DNA from: Candidatus Pacearchaeota archaeon
Lineage (GTDB): Archaea > Nanobdellota > Nanobdellia > Pacearchaeales > GW2011-AR1
Length of the DNA stretch: 64,000 bases
Assembly: GCA_041649755.1 (NCBI GenBank)
Contig: JBAZMK010000001.1
Location: 66,826 to 130,825 of the forward strand
Reading direction: 5' to 3'
The translations under genes and the position numbers were made by a program. Within the stretch, counting starts at the first letter, position 1, and each line of letters starts with the position of its first letter. Below the pieces are notes generated by a model. It saw nothing but the letters and a program-made list of their open reading frames with translations, made no database searches and was not told where the DNA came from. This document shows positions 36,266 to 46,487 of this stretch, in pieces.

Positions 36266-39124
36266 TTAAACTTTTAGACTGATAATTTTAGATATGTTTT
36301 CCTGCATTGAAACTCCATAAAGACTCGTTGCCTCAGATATTAGCGTGTCATTGTGGGTGATAATTATATACTGACCACTTTTAAGATATTTTTTTATCAT
36401 AGCTGCAAGAAGTTCTGAATTGTGTTTATCAAGAGCAGCATCAATTTCGTCAAAAATGTAAAACGAATAGGGGCGGTATTCCTGTATAGCAAAAATCAAT
36501 GAAAGGGCAACGAGAGTTTTTTCTCCGCCTGAAAGGCTGGTTATATCAAAATATTTACCTCTTGAAACTTTAATGAGAATATTTATTCCTGCGTCAAAGG
36601 GATTCTTTTTATCTTCAAGTTCAAGGAATATTTCTCCTTTTTTAGAAAGTTGTTTAAAATTTCTTGTAAAGAGTTCATTAACTGAATTAAGTGTTCCAAG
36701 AAAAGCCTTTTTCTTTTTCTTATCTATTTCACTGATAATTTTTTGAATTTTCTCTTTTTCATTCTCTATTGTTTCAACTTTTTGTTTTATAGATTCGCAC
36801 TGCTCGGCGACTTTATCAAAGATTTCCAACGCCCTCATATTAACATTCCCTAACTGAGATATTCTAAATTGAGCTTTTCCAAGCCGTTCTCTAACCTGTT
36901 CAACAGGAATCTGTAAAATTTCAATGTCTCCGAATTCAACTAATTCATTCTTTAACGAATCAATTTGTGCTGAAAACTGGGCTTTTAAAATTTTATTGTT
37001 ATTTACCTTTTCTTCAAGGTTCCTGACAGTATGTTGCAAACCTATAACATCTGTTTCTATTACTTTCTGCTGGTCCTGTACTTCGTTTCTTTGCGAGAAA
37101 AATTTCTGAAATTTCTCGTATAATTCCTGCTCTTCTTTTTCTTTTTTCTCAAGAATCTTCTCTTTATCGGAAAGTATAACCTCAATCTTTTTTAACTCTA
37201 TTGAAGAATCTTCTATATCTCTTTCTATCCTCTTTAATTCTACATTAATTCTATTTATTTCACGCTGTTTCAAAGAAACCTCTGTGTCAAAATCAGTATC
37301 TTTAAAAGACAATTCCTGTATTTTCAACCTGACCTCATCATAATTTTCCTCAACATCTTTAATCTTTTCAAATTCTTCTTTTAGTGAATGAATTTTCTCT
37401 TTTTTTCCTTTAATAATTTCTTTCGAATCTTCAATTTCTTTTCTTATTAATTTAGCCTGATTTTGTTTTTCCGTGACGTTCTTGATTTTTATTCTATCAA
37501 TATCTAATTCGTTAATTTGTTTGCTTAATTTAAAAATTTCCTCTCGGAGACTATTTATCTCTATTTGGTATTTTTCTTTAAGAATTTCATTTTCTTTTAA
37601 TTCTTTTTCTGCTTTGTCTATTTTTTCCTTCGATTCAACCGAAATTTTATGTTTGTGGTCTGAACTAACTTCTTGTTTGCAAATAGGGCAATTTTCCAAA
37701 TTTATAATATCTCTTCTTAATTTTTCTTCTTTTGATATTCCTTCTTCAAGTATAGCATTCTTTTTTTCAATAGTTAATATTTCTTTCTCTATTTTAGAAA
37801 AAGTCATTTCTTTTTCTTTTATTTCTGTAGTCTTTTTTTCTTTTAATTTATCAACGGCATCAAGGGATTTTTCATATTTTATTTCTTGGTTTAACTCGTT
37901 AATATTTTTTTCTATGAGCTTTATTTCCTGCTCAGATTCTTTTATGAATTTCTCCTTTTCTTCTTTTATACTCTCCTGAGTTGAAATGTCTGCCTTAAGA
38001 ATATAAAACTTTCTTCTTTGTTGTTCAAGCTTGTCAAATTTTTCCTGAAGAGTCTTTGATATCTCCTGCTGTTTTTTTATCTCAGGGGAATTTTTCTGAA
38101 GGTTTGAAATCTCCTCGTTAAGTTTCTCAATTTTTTCTTTATAATATAATAATCTCTCGTTGCCTTGATTTTTCCTATTTTCATGATTTTCATACTTAAC
38201 TCTAAGTCCTGCGAGTTCTGCTTTAAGGTCGGAGATTTCTCTATGAATTTCGTCCTGCTCACTACTTGACTGAATCTTTTTATTGATAATCTGTATTTTT
38301 CCCTGAAGTTCTTCAACTTTTTGATTCTTTATTTCAATATCTTTTTTAATTTTTTCTACGTCCTTTTCTATGTTTTCTATAGCCCTATCAACACCCCATA
38401 TTTCTTTTTCTTTTTCTTTGAGATTTTTAAAAAGAAGAGTCGCTTTACATTTTTTAATCATTTCTTCAAGTTTTTGATGAGAAATCGCTTCTTGTCTTTC
38501 TTTCTCAAGATTTTTAAGAAAATTGCTCCTCTCTTTAAGAACTGCTGAAACTTCTTTCAATCTTTCCTCAGTTTTTTCAAGTTCTCTTAGGCTTTTGTGC
38601 TTTCTAGTTTCATAAATTGAAATTCCTGCTACCTCTTCTATTATCTGTCTTCTTTCTTCTGAAGTTGATTTAACAAGTGACTGGATTTCTCCCTGTAAAA
38701 CAATGTTAAAGCCATTTGGGTCAATTCCCCCTTGAGCAAGGAGCTCAATTAATTCCTGTCTTGATTTAGTTTCTCCGTTTATTTTATAGATTGACTGACC
38801 ATTTTTTCTTACAATTCTCTTAATCGTAACCTCCTTAGAGTCTATTCCAAAGGTTTTATCTTCATTGTCAAAAATCAACTCTACAAAAGCCTCGTTTGAA
38901 CCCTTGTAAATTTTGTTCCCAGAAAAAAGAAGATTCGCTGCTCTTGCCGCACGAATTGACTTTATAGAGAGTCTTCCTAAAACAAAACAAAGTGCATCTG
39001 TAATATTTGATTTTCCAGAACCATTTGGACCGACAATAACATTCATAGCGTTTTCAAAAGGAATCTCGGTTTTTCTTGCAAAACTTTTAAAGCCCTGCAT
39101 CACCATTTTTTTTATGTAAGTCAT
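36266..39124 (-). CDS. SMC-like coiled-coil ATPase with a Rad50-type CxxC zinc hook at the coiled-coil midpoint instead of a hinge
   Basis: SMC-type N-terminus FKSF...GPNGSGKSN..DALCFVLG; signature LSGGEKTLVALSLIFAIQ; D-loop DEIDAALD; ENCPICKQ near aa 478 of 952; no hinge-like Gly-rich domain. Confidence 0.8.
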   Translation of the reverse strand: MTYIKKMVMQGFKSFARKTEIPFENAMNVIVGPNGSGKSNITDALCFVLGRLSIKSIRAARAANLLFSGNKIYKGSNEAFVELIFDNEDKTFGIDSKEVTIKRIVRKNGQSIYKINGETKSRQELIELLAQGGIDPNGFNIVLQGEIQSLVKSTSEERRQIIEEVAGISIYETRKHKSLRELEKTEERLKEVSAVLKERSNFLKNLEKERQEAISHQKLEEMIKKCKATLLFKNLKEKEKEIWGVDRAIENIEKDVEKIKKDIEIKNQKVEELQGKIQIINKKIQSSSEQDEIHREISDLKAELAGLRVKYENHENRKNQGNERLLYYKEKIEKLNEEISNLQKNSPEIKKQQEISKTLQEKFDKLEQQRRKFYILKADISTQESIKEEKEKFIKESEQEIKLIEKNINELNQEIKYEKSLDAVDKLKEKKTTEIKEKEMTFSKIEKEILTIEKKNAILEEGISKEEKLRRDIINLENCPICKQEVSSDHKHKISVESKEKIDKAEKELKENEILKEKYQIEINSLREEIFKLSKQINELDIDRIKIKNVTEKQNQAKLIRKEIEDSKEIIKGKKEKIHSLKEEFEKIKDVEENYDEVRLKIQELSFKDTDFDTEVSLKQREINRINVELKRIERDIEDSSIELKKIEVILSDKEKILEKKEKEEQELYEKFQKFFSQRNEVQDQQKVIETDVIGLQHTVRNLEEKVNNNKILKAQFSAQIDSLKNELVEFGDIEILQIPVEQVRERLGKAQFRISQLGNVNMRALEIFDKVAEQCESIKQKVETIENEKEKIQKIISEIDKKKKKAFLGTLNSVNELFTRNFKQLSKKGEIFLELEDKKNPFDAGINILIKVSRGKYFDITSLSGGEKTLVALSLIFAIQEYRPYSFYIFDEIDAALDKHNSELLAAMIKKYLKSGQYIIITHNDTLISEATSLYGVSMQENISKIISLKV

Positions 39125-39148
39125 AGATTTTACAAGAATAAAGAGTTT

Positions 39149-39811
39149 TTAAGGATTATCAAATAATTTACTCTGTCTATCTTTCTTTACTATTCTAATG
39201 ATTGTTTCCCATGAAAACCTAATTGTGTGACTGTATTTTGAATTATTATGGTTTCCTCTGATGAACTCTTTTGTTTTGGGGTCAGAAGGGTAACCGCTTC
39301 CAAAATCCACTTCAAGTTCTTTTTTCAACCTAGCGATTTCTTCTTCGCGTTTTTCTTTAGCTATAATCGATGCGGCTGAGACAACTAGGTGGTTTACATC
39401 TGCTTTGTGTTCGCAATACATCTTTATAATTTCGGGCTTTTTTAGGAGTTTTGAAACATCTCTCCCCCAAGAAGAAAGATTAACGGAAGGACAGTCAACA
39501 ATAACATCAATAGGTTCTGAAATACTTTCTGTAAGTTTATTTATTATTTTTGCAGCTTTTATAGCCTCTAAATAATTTAGATTATCGGATTCGTCTATCT
39601 CTTTAGGATATGTTACTTCTATGTGGCTCTTAAACTTTTTCTTTATTTTGTCTCCAATTTCTTTTCTTTTTTTTGGAGTAAGGAGTTTGGAATCTTTGGC
39701 TCCCCATTCTTTCAAAATTTTTTTATCTTTTTCTTCTATAAGAACTCCTGCAAGAATCATTGGTCCAATCACTGGACCCCTCCCAGCATCATCAATACCT
39801 ATAATCTTCAT
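39149..39811 (-). CDS. rnhB: Ribonuclease HII
   Basis: GIDDAGRGPVIGPM catalytic motif. Confidence 0.9.
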   Translation of the reverse strand: MKIIGIDDAGRGPVIGPMILAGVLIEEKDKKILKEWGAKDSKLLTPKKRKEIGDKIKKKFKSHIEVTYPKEIDESDNLNYLEAIKAAKIINKLTESISEPIDVIVDCPSVNLSSWGRDVSKLLKKPEIIKMYCEHKADVNHLVVSAASIIAKEKREEEIARLKKELEVDFGSGYPSDPKTKEFIRGNHNNSKYSHTIRFSWETIIRIVKKDRQSKLFDNP

Positions 39812-39862
39812 AAAATAAAAAGAAAGGAAGAGTTTATATTGTTTCTCATATTTTAATAAATT

Positions 39863-40642
39863 TTAAACAGATAATTTAAAAAACAAATTCTTCAAAAACA
39901 ATAAAATTCCTAAGGTGATTATTGTAAATCCAACTAGTTTATTTAATGTTTTTTCGTCTAATAAATTAGCAAATTTTGATGCAAAAATTGCCCCAATTAT
40001 TCCACCCCCTGCTCCGATAAATAAATAAGGAATTGAAAAAGGCATATTTACATAATGAGCAATTCCCCCGAATAATGCAATAAATATCATTAGAAAAACA
40101 GAAGTCCCGATTGCTTCGTGAGTTTTATAATCTAAAATAATCACAAGGGCTAATAAAATCATTATTCCACCCCCTGCCCCAAAAAATCCTGCGATTGTTC
40201 CGATAAGCAAACCTACTAAAATTAAAGAAAGGGTTTTATATTTTTCAAAAAAAGGAATATGTTTTTTAGTAGAAATATTTTTCTTCTTCTTTATCATAAT
40301 GGATAAACCAGCTAAAATGATTCCTATCCCTATGGCTAAACCTAAATTGTCAGAAGTAATGTTCTTAGAGAAATAACTTCCAATTAAAACAGCAACCAAA
40401 GAAGAAATTAACAAAATTAAACTTGGTTTTATTTTTATTCTTCCGTTTTTATGATAAATCAATGTTGCAAATAGAGAGGCAAAAACATCAATTGACAATG
40501 CGATTCCAATTGCTAAATAAGCGGGATAATCTAGGAATACAATAAGTAATGGTGCGGCGACCATTGCAGCACTAGCACCAACTAAACCCGTTACAATTCC
40601 TGCTCCAATTCCTGCGAGTAAAAGAATAATTATTTCTAACAT
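39863..40642 (-). CDS. TSUP (TauE/SafE) family membrane transporter
   Basis: Two homologous halves with the GxGGG motif, about 8 TM segments. Confidence 0.75.
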   Translation of the reverse strand: MLEIIILLLAGIGAGIVTGLVGASAAMVAAPLLIVFLDYPAYLAIGIALSIDVFASLFATLIYHKNGRIKIKPSLILLISSLVAVLIGSYFSKNITSDNLGLAIGIGIILAGLSIMIKKKKNISTKKHIPFFEKYKTLSLILVGLLIGTIAGFFGAGGGIMILLALVIILDYKTHEAIGTSVFLMIFIALFGGIAHYVNMPFSIPYLFIGAGGGIIGAIFASKFANLLDEKTLNKLVGFTIITLGILLFLKNLFFKLSV

Positions 40643-40707
40643 TTTTCCTTATTAAAAAACAACCTGAAGATCAAATAAGTTTGTTTTTCTGAATTACCAT
40701 TCTCAGA

Positions 40708-41409
40708 TTAATATTTTTCAATTTCTTTTCCACTTAACTTGACAATTTTTCCTTTTTCAAGAATACCTGCATCAAACCTCTCAATAGAATAATCATCGCC
40801 CTGAATCTCCTTAAATATTTTAAAGATTATTTTGATTGCCTCTTTTATTGTTAGGTTAGATTTATATTCCTCTCTTAATCTTGCTTTTATCTTGTCGTCG
40901 TTTTCGCCTATTGCGTTTGCTTTGTATTTTAAGTAATTTCCCGTAACATCTGTAGTGAACAAAACTGGTTTGTCTTCAATACCTGCAAACATCATTGAAA
41001 CCCCAAAAGGTCTCGCTCCACCATACTGAGTAAATTGCTGTTTAATATCTGCTATGTCCTGAACTATAGATTCTGTGCTTGCTGGGGAGTCATAGGTTAC
41101 CCGATGTTGCTGTGCTAAAACTCTCGCCTTTTCAATTAAAACTCTGGCGTCCGACATAACCCCTGCTGAAACCGCAATTATATGTTTATCAATTTCATTA
41201 ATCTTGTTAGCCGATTCTTCAACGATTAATTTATCTTTTTGCCTTCGGTCAGAGATAATCACTACTCCTTCCTTGCAGACTATCCCAACTGATGAAGAAC
41301 CTAGACGGATTGTTTTTTCAGCATATTCAACTTGAAGTATACGTCCGTCTGGAGCGAACATCGTCGCGGCTCGGTCATAGCCCATTTGTTGGTGTTGTAT
41401 GTCTTCCAT
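40708..41409 (-). CDS. psmA: Proteasome alpha subunit
   Basis: YDRAATMFAPDGRILQVEYA alpha-subunit N-terminal signature. Confidence 0.9.
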   Translation of the reverse strand: MEDIQHQQMGYDRAATMFAPDGRILQVEYAEKTIRLGSSSVGIVCKEGVVIISDRRQKDKLIVEESANKINEIDKHIIAVSAGVMSDARVLIEKARVLAQQHRVTYDSPASTESIVQDIADIKQQFTQYGGARPFGVSMMFAGIEDKPVLFTTDVTGNYLKYKANAIGENDDKIKARLREEYKSNLTIKEAIKIIFKIFKEIQGDDYSIERFDAGILEKGKIVKLSGKEIEKY

Positions 41410-41446
41410 ATTAAAGAATATTATAATTAATTATAAGACAACCTTT

Positions 41447-41749
41447 TTAAGATTTTCTATGTTTTTTGGACAGCCCTTTTATAGTTCCACTGACTTTTTC
41501 AATAGAAATCCCTGCAAGGGCAAGTCCTGCTCGGACATCTTCCAGAGATTCTCTAAGACAACTTCCTATAATCTTACCCCGAAAATCTTTTAATCTAATC
41601 TCTGTATAACCTGACTTAGCAAAACCAAGAATGCCAAGATAGTCAAGAAGTGCCTTTCTTACTATGGTTGACTCAAGAGTATCTAAGACTAAATATCTTC
41701 TTTTATCTCTTTGAGAGGGTTTTAGCTTTAACTTTTTTACTTTTTCCAT
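41447..41749 (-). CDS. pop5: RNase P protein component Pop5 (Rpp14 family)
   Basis: RDKRRYLVLDT and KVSGTIKGLSKKH match archaeal Pop5. Confidence 0.75.
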   Translation of the reverse strand: MEKVKKLKLKPSQRDKRRYLVLDTLESTIVRKALLDYLGILGFAKSGYTEIRLKDFRGKIIGSCLRESLEDVRAGLALAGISIEKVSGTIKGLSKKHRKS

Positions 41750-44324
41750 AGGAATATGTAGTCTCTTTTCTTTTAATTCTTTTCCATCTAAAGAAAAAAA
41801 GCAAGATTATCAAAAGAATAATAAACAGAAAATAGAGTGATTCACTCATGGGTTCTTCTTTGGGGATATTTTGTATTTCTTCTTTTTTTGTTTTAGGTTC
41901 TACTCTAATCTTCTCATATATCCTTTCTAAAACTACAACCGCTTTTTCTAACTCAATCTTTTCTAACGCTACTTTTAAATCATAATATTCTATGGAACTT
42001 AGATTAACTTTCCTTTCTTCGCCGATGTTTAAAGTTAGATTAATTGGGGAGCTTTGAATTAAGATTCTCGCCTGATTCTCGCCGATTTCAAGAACTCGGA
42101 TGCTATGAGAATTATTATTGAGACTAAAAGAGAACGTTTCTCCTGTTTTTAGGCTTTTTTTTGTAATCTCTCCTTGCTTAATTTCTATTACAGGGGGTGC
42201 TCCTGAAGTTGTCCCGGTGCTTCTGCTTGAGCCTCCAGAACCAATATATGTTGAAGCGAGTGTTGTAAAACTTCCAGAATCATTTACACAATTTTCTGCC
42301 CTGTCACAAGAAGTAATAATATAATTATAGGTTGTTGAAGAAGAAAGACCAGTCAATGCAAATGAATGTGTAGTGTTATACTCTGAAAAACTGCCTCCGA
42401 TATCCACAGAAGAATTCGCGGGCTCACTTGTTCCCCAAGTTATTACAGCCGAAGAGGAAGTTATACTCTCTTCATTCAGAGAACTTATTTGTGGGGAAGT
42501 TGCATCAAAGATAATCGTATGGTTAGAAGTTGCAAAAGAGTAATTTCCTCCTTCGTTATAAGCTAAACAGTTCCAAGAATAATTGCCTTCTTCAGTAAAA
42601 TTTGAGGTGAATATAGTTTGATTATCTGTACCAGAAATATTTTCAAAAGAAGATTTTATTTCATTACTCTCGTTATTCCAAAGATAAAATGTGACATTCG
42701 TGAGATTATAATTTTCATAGGAGAATAATTGGCACGTGAAGTTAGTTTCATTATTTTTTGTGTATGTGTTATTTAATGGTGAAGATAAATTTACTAAGAT
42801 GCCTTTAGAGGTGAAAGTAAAGTTTGAAGAAGAAAAACCTAAGTTGTCCTTTTCATCGTAGACAAAACAATTCCATTCGTAATCCCCTAAGGGGATATTG
42901 ATTATATCAAAAGAAGTTTCATTCTGGGTTCCTGTCAAATTTTTTGTTTCATTGTAATAAAAACTGCTTTCATTCCATATTTTGAGAGTGATATTTTTTA
43001 ACTGCCAGTCTGTTGCGTTGCAGGTAAAGGTTTTATTTCCAGATAAGTTTACTTCATTGTTTTCCGGGGAAACAAGGTATACCTCTGGCTGAATGTTATC
43101 TAAAAATAGTATTGCGGAGTATACGTCAATTCTTGATAGATTATTTGTTATAAAATTTATTGAGTATCCGGTTAAATTAAGGGCTTCTAATATCTCGTTC
43201 TGTGTTTTTTCTGGTAGCAGACTTTTTATTAAACCTATTGAACCTGCAACTAGGGGGGTGGACATTGAAGTTCCGTCGGCAGAAGCATATCCATTATTTA
43301 GATAGGAGGAAGTTATATTTGAACCTGGGGCAGCGATATCCACCCAGCTTCCATAATTAGAGAAGTTACTCTTTAAGTCAGAAGCATTAGTTGCTCCGAC
43401 AGAGAGTACATTATCATACGCTGCAGGATAAGTTAAGGTGTTGGTATTTTCATTTCCTGCCGCTGCAACCAAAATTATCCCTGCATCGTAAGCGTCCTGT
43501 AATACTTCTTCTATTCCTGAAGAAGAGGATGTTGCTCCAAAACTCATAGAGATTATATCTGCTCCATTGTCTATTGAATAGTTAATTGCTTGGATAATAG
43601 ATGGGGTTTGCAACGACCCCCTCCCTAAGATATCTCTGTACCCTGCTCTTAATACCATAATTTTACAATTCGGACAAATCCCAGATATCCCTATAGAATT
43701 ATTTGTTTTTGCTGCTGCAATCCCTGCACAATGAGTCCCGTGACCATACAAATCAATTGGATTACTATCTGTTTCATTGCAATCTTCGTTTAAAGAAGAA
43801 CACTCAGATTCGTCCTGAACGTCTACAAAATCGTAACCTATTATGTCATCTATATATCCATTTCCATCATCATCATAGCCGTTAATAGTTTCGTCAGTGT
43901 TATTCCAAATGTTATCCTCTAAATCCGAATGGTTCCATTCAACTCCTGTATCAATAATTGCTATAACAACCGACTCATTTCCTTTTGTTAGGTTCCAACT
44001 CTCTTCGGAAGAGATTTTTTTAAGATGCCATTGAAGAGAATAATATTCATCATTAGGTGTCCAGAAAGTATGGTAAATATAATTGGGCTCTGCATAGAGT
44101 ACATCTTCTCTTTTAGAGTATTCTTCTGCCTTTTCTTTTATATCTAAAACTTCCAAGTTTTTTATTTTACTCTCGGTTTTAATTGATGGGGCATCAAGTT
44201 TACGCACTTCTAAAGAGCCGTTTTTGTATTTGACGAATATTTCATTAGGAACATACTCCCCACTTCCATAAACAAAGCTACAAAATAAAATCCCAAAAAA
44301 GAAAATAATCAAAACTTTATTCAT
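41703..44324 (-). CDS. Secreted subtilisin-like (S8) serine peptidase with Ig/Fn3-like repeats, heavy NxS/T sequon load and a C-terminal TM anchor
   Basis: Catalytic triad motifs AIIDTGV (Asp), HGTHCAGIAAA (His), GTSMSTPLVAG (Ser); likely start at MNKVLIIFFFG (44324); C-terminal TM plus KR tail. Confidence 0.85.
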   Translation of the reverse strand: MNKVLIIFFFGILFCSFVYGSGEYVPNEIFVKYKNGSLEVRKLDAPSIKTESKIKNLEVLDIKEKAEEYSKREDVLYAEPNYIYHTFWTPNDEYYSLQWHLKKISSEESWNLTKGNESVVIAIIDTGVEWNHSDLEDNIWNNTDETINGYDDDGNGYIDDIIGYDFVDVQDESECSSLNEDCNETDSNPIDLYGHGTHCAGIAAAKTNNSIGISGICPNCKIMVLRAGYRDILGRGSLQTPSIIQAINYSIDNGADIISMSFGATSSSSGIEEVLQDAYDAGIILVAAAGNENTNTLTYPAAYDNVLSVGATNASDLKSNFSNYGSWVDIAAPGSNITSSYLNNGYASADGTSMSTPLVAGSIGLIKSLLPEKTQNEILEALNLTGYSINFITNNLSRIDVYSAILFLDNIQPEVYLVSPENNEVNLSGNKTFTCNATDWQLKNITLKIWNESSFYYNETKNLTGTQNETSFDIINIPLGDYEWNCFVYDEKDNLGFSSSNFTFTSKGILVNLSSPLNNTYTKNNETNFTCQLFSYENYNLTNVTFYLWNNESNEIKSSFENISGTDNQTIFTSNFTEEGNYSWNCLAYNEGGNYSFATSNHTIIFDATSPQISSLNEESITSSSAVITWGTSEPANSSVDIGGSFSEYNTTHSFALTGLSSSTTYNYIITSCDRAENCVNDSGSFTTLASTYIGSGGSSRSTGTTSGAPPVIEIKQGEITKKSLKTGETFSFSLNNNSHSIRVLEIGENQARILIQSSPINLTLNIGEERKVNLSSIEYYDLKVALEKIELEKAVVVLERIYEKIRVEPKTKKEEIQNIPKEEPMSESLYFLFIILLIILLFFFRWKRIKRKETTYSYGKSKKVKAKTLSKR

Positions 44325-44745
44325 TCCAGACAACCCCACATTTTCCGTCGATGAAATCGCAGTAGCCAGCCCCACAATCCATTGTTCCGGCGCGACATTC
44401 CATTGTACAGAAAATATCTGAGCAGTTTGGAGCTAAATCTTTTTGAACACAGGAAGTTGCGTGACAGCACTGTGCAGGTACACATTCTATTTCGCTATCA
44501 AGTTCGCATTCCCTTTTAAAAAAAGCCCACTCTTCACATTCTTCTCCTGACGAAGAGACACAATAACCAACCTGTCCTTCTTCTTTTTCACGAATTTCTA
44601 ATTCATGCCCTCGAGATATACAATATTCTGACGCAGGGTTAGCTATTTGATTAGCCGAGTTTTTTAAATCAAAAATAAATAAACTAATTCCTGTTAAAAT
44701 TAGCGCCCCTAATGCTATTGCTAAAACCAATATCTTTTTGTTCAT
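44317..44745 (-). CDS. Small secreted Cys-rich protein (12 Cys) immediately upstream of, and overlapping, the S8 protease gene
   Basis: Signal/TM MNKKILVLAIALGALILTGISLFIF; 12 Cys in about 110 mature residues. Confidence 0.5.
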   Translation of the reverse strand: MNKKILVLAIALGALILTGISLFIFDLKNSANQIANPASEYCISRGHELEIREKEEGQVGYCVSSSGEECEEWAFFKRECELDSEIECVPAQCCHATSCVQKDLAPNCSDIFCTMECRAGTMDCGAGYCDFIDGKCGVVWNE

Positions 44746-44793
44746 TGAAGGTTAACATATTTAAAGGTTAAAAATATTGCTATTTAAAGAGAC

Positions 44794-46125
44794 ATGGTAA
44801 AAATTCACACGGTCGGCGGTTTCTCGGAAGTTGGAAAAAATATGGTAGTCGTTGAACTAGAAGAAGACGCTTTTATTTTTGACGAGGGGTTTTTTCTGCC
44901 CGCGATAGTCTCTGTGCAGGAAAGAGACAAGATAATGACTGAAAAAAGGCTTCGTTCGGTTAGTGCAATTCCTAATGATTCTTCAATCAACAAGATTCGC
45001 CATAAGATACGGGCTCAATTTATTGGTCACGCACACCTTGACCATGTTGGAGCAGTTCCATTTATGTCAGACAAGTATGATGCGCCAATATTTGCTACAC
45101 CATTTACGGCTCAGGTGCTTGGGTCTTTATTAGCAGACAGCGATATAGTTCTAAGGAATAAGATTTATGAAATAAAACCTAATACTGCTTTTTATATTCA
45201 GGGAAAGAACAGAAAATATAGGGTGGATTTTATAAATATAACCCACTCTACTCTTCAGACGGCAATGATTGCGATACAGACTCCTAAAGGGAGTATCCTT
45301 TATGCTAATGACTTTAAACTTGACGAGACACCTATTTTAGGGTTAAAACCTAATTATAAAAGACTCAGAGAAATTGCCAATGAAGGAGTTTTGGCTTTCA
45401 TTGTTGACTCTCTTTATTCTGGTTCTGAGAGAAAAACACCTTCTGAAAAAATCGCCCGAGCCCTTTTGCAGGAAGTACTAACGCCCTTAAAAAATAAAAA
45501 AGATGGAATAATTGTGACTACATTTTCTTCTCACATCGCCCGTTTAAAAAGTATTATAGATTTTGGAAAACAATTAGACAGGCAGGTTGTTTTTTTAGGA
45601 AGAAGTCTGGATAAATATTCTAATGCCGCAAAAAATGCCGGGCTTGCACCTTTTTTAAATGATGTTAAAATTTCCAAGTACAGAAGGCAAGTTGAAAAGA
45701 CTTTAAAAGATGTTGAAAGGAGAAGAAAAGATTTTCTTGTTGTATGCACAGGACATCAGGGTGAGCCTGGTTCTATTCTTGAAAGGCTCTCAAGAAATCA
45801 GCTTCCTTTCAGGATTGGAAGAAATGACAATATTGTTTTTTCTTCAAGTGTTATCCCGACAGAAGTTAACCGAGAGCAGTTTGCTAAGATGGAAGCAAAA
45901 ATTAAAAAAAGCAAACCGAGAATTTTCAGGGACGCTCATGTTTCAGGACACGCCGGAAGAGAAGACCTTAGAGATATTATGCAATTAATTTCACCTCAAA
46001 ATGTAATTCCTTCACACGGAGGTCTTGACAAAACTAAACCCATGGCTAACCTTGTAAAAGAACTCGGATATCACTTAGGTAAGCAGTGTCACTTAATGCA
46101 GGATGGAGGTGTGCTAAAGTTATGA
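44794..46125 (+). CDS. Beta-CASP metallo-beta-lactamase-fold ribonuclease (archaeal RNase J-like)
   Basis: HxHxDH motif GHAHLDHVGAVP plus downstream beta-CASP His/Asp motifs. Confidence 0.75.
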   Translation: MVKIHTVGGFSEVGKNMVVVELEEDAFIFDEGFFLPAIVSVQERDKIMTEKRLRSVSAIPNDSSINKIRHKIRAQFIGHAHLDHVGAVPFMSDKYDAPIFATPFTAQVLGSLLADSDIVLRNKIYEIKPNTAFYIQGKNRKYRVDFINITHSTLQTAMIAIQTPKGSILYANDFKLDETPILGLKPNYKRLREIANEGVLAFIVDSLYSGSERKTPSEKIARALLQEVLTPLKNKKDGIIVTTFSSHIARLKSIIDFGKQLDRQVVFLGRSLDKYSNAAKNAGLAPFLNDVKISKYRRQVEKTLKDVERRRKDFLVVCTGHQGEPGSILERLSRNQLPFRIGRNDNIVFSSSVIPTEVNREQFAKMEAKIKKSKPRIFRDAHVSGHAGREDLRDIMQLISPQNVIPSHGGLDKTKPMANLVKELGYHLGKQCHLMQDGGVLKL

Positions 46126-46487
46126 TGGAAGAAGTAGATTTTAGCGGAGCTATAAAGAATGGTCTGGAAAGAGGGGGGTCTTTGGAGGAGATAAAGGATT
46201 CTTTAATTAATTCGGGTTATGAACGTGAACAGGTGAATCGTGCTATTCAAGGAATAAACCTTAATTCTTTGGGATACATTAAAAAGTCTCCTTCTAATGA
46301 AGATTCAGGATTTGATTATCCTCCGCAAAAATTTCCTCCTCTTACAGGAAATATTCTTGTCAAACCTAAAAAAGCTCCTAAACGGAGTAAAATTGCAATA
46401 ATTATTCTGATTTTACTGATTATCGGGGGGGTTTTAGCATTCGTATTTAAAGATTTTTTATTGGACTTTATAAATGATTTGTTATAG
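46122..46487 (+). CDS. Hypothetical protein with a C-terminal TM segment
   Basis: ORF; start probably the ATG overlapping the RNase J stop (ATGATGG); TM IAIIILILLIIGGVLAFVF. Confidence 0.4.
   Translation: MMEEVDFSGAIKNGLERGGSLEEIKDSLINSGYEREQVNRAIQGINLNSLGYIKKSPSNEDSGFDYPPQKFPPLTGNILVKPKKAPKRSKIAIIILILLIIGGVLAFVFKDFLLDFINDLL

Noticed and set aside
37473-37979. 168-aa + strand ORF inside the SMC-like gene, plus 36924-37109, 38321-38548 and 38913-39119
   Set aside because: Antisense shadows of a Lys/Glu-rich coiled-coil gene. Products are Phe/Ser/Leu/Ile low-complexity with no features.
41703-41749. 47-nt same-strand overlap between the Pop5 start and the S8 protease 3' end as evidence against one of the genes
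   Set aside because: Both genes have strong family signatures and Pop5 has no internal alternative start. Overlap is common in this very compact genome, so both are kept.
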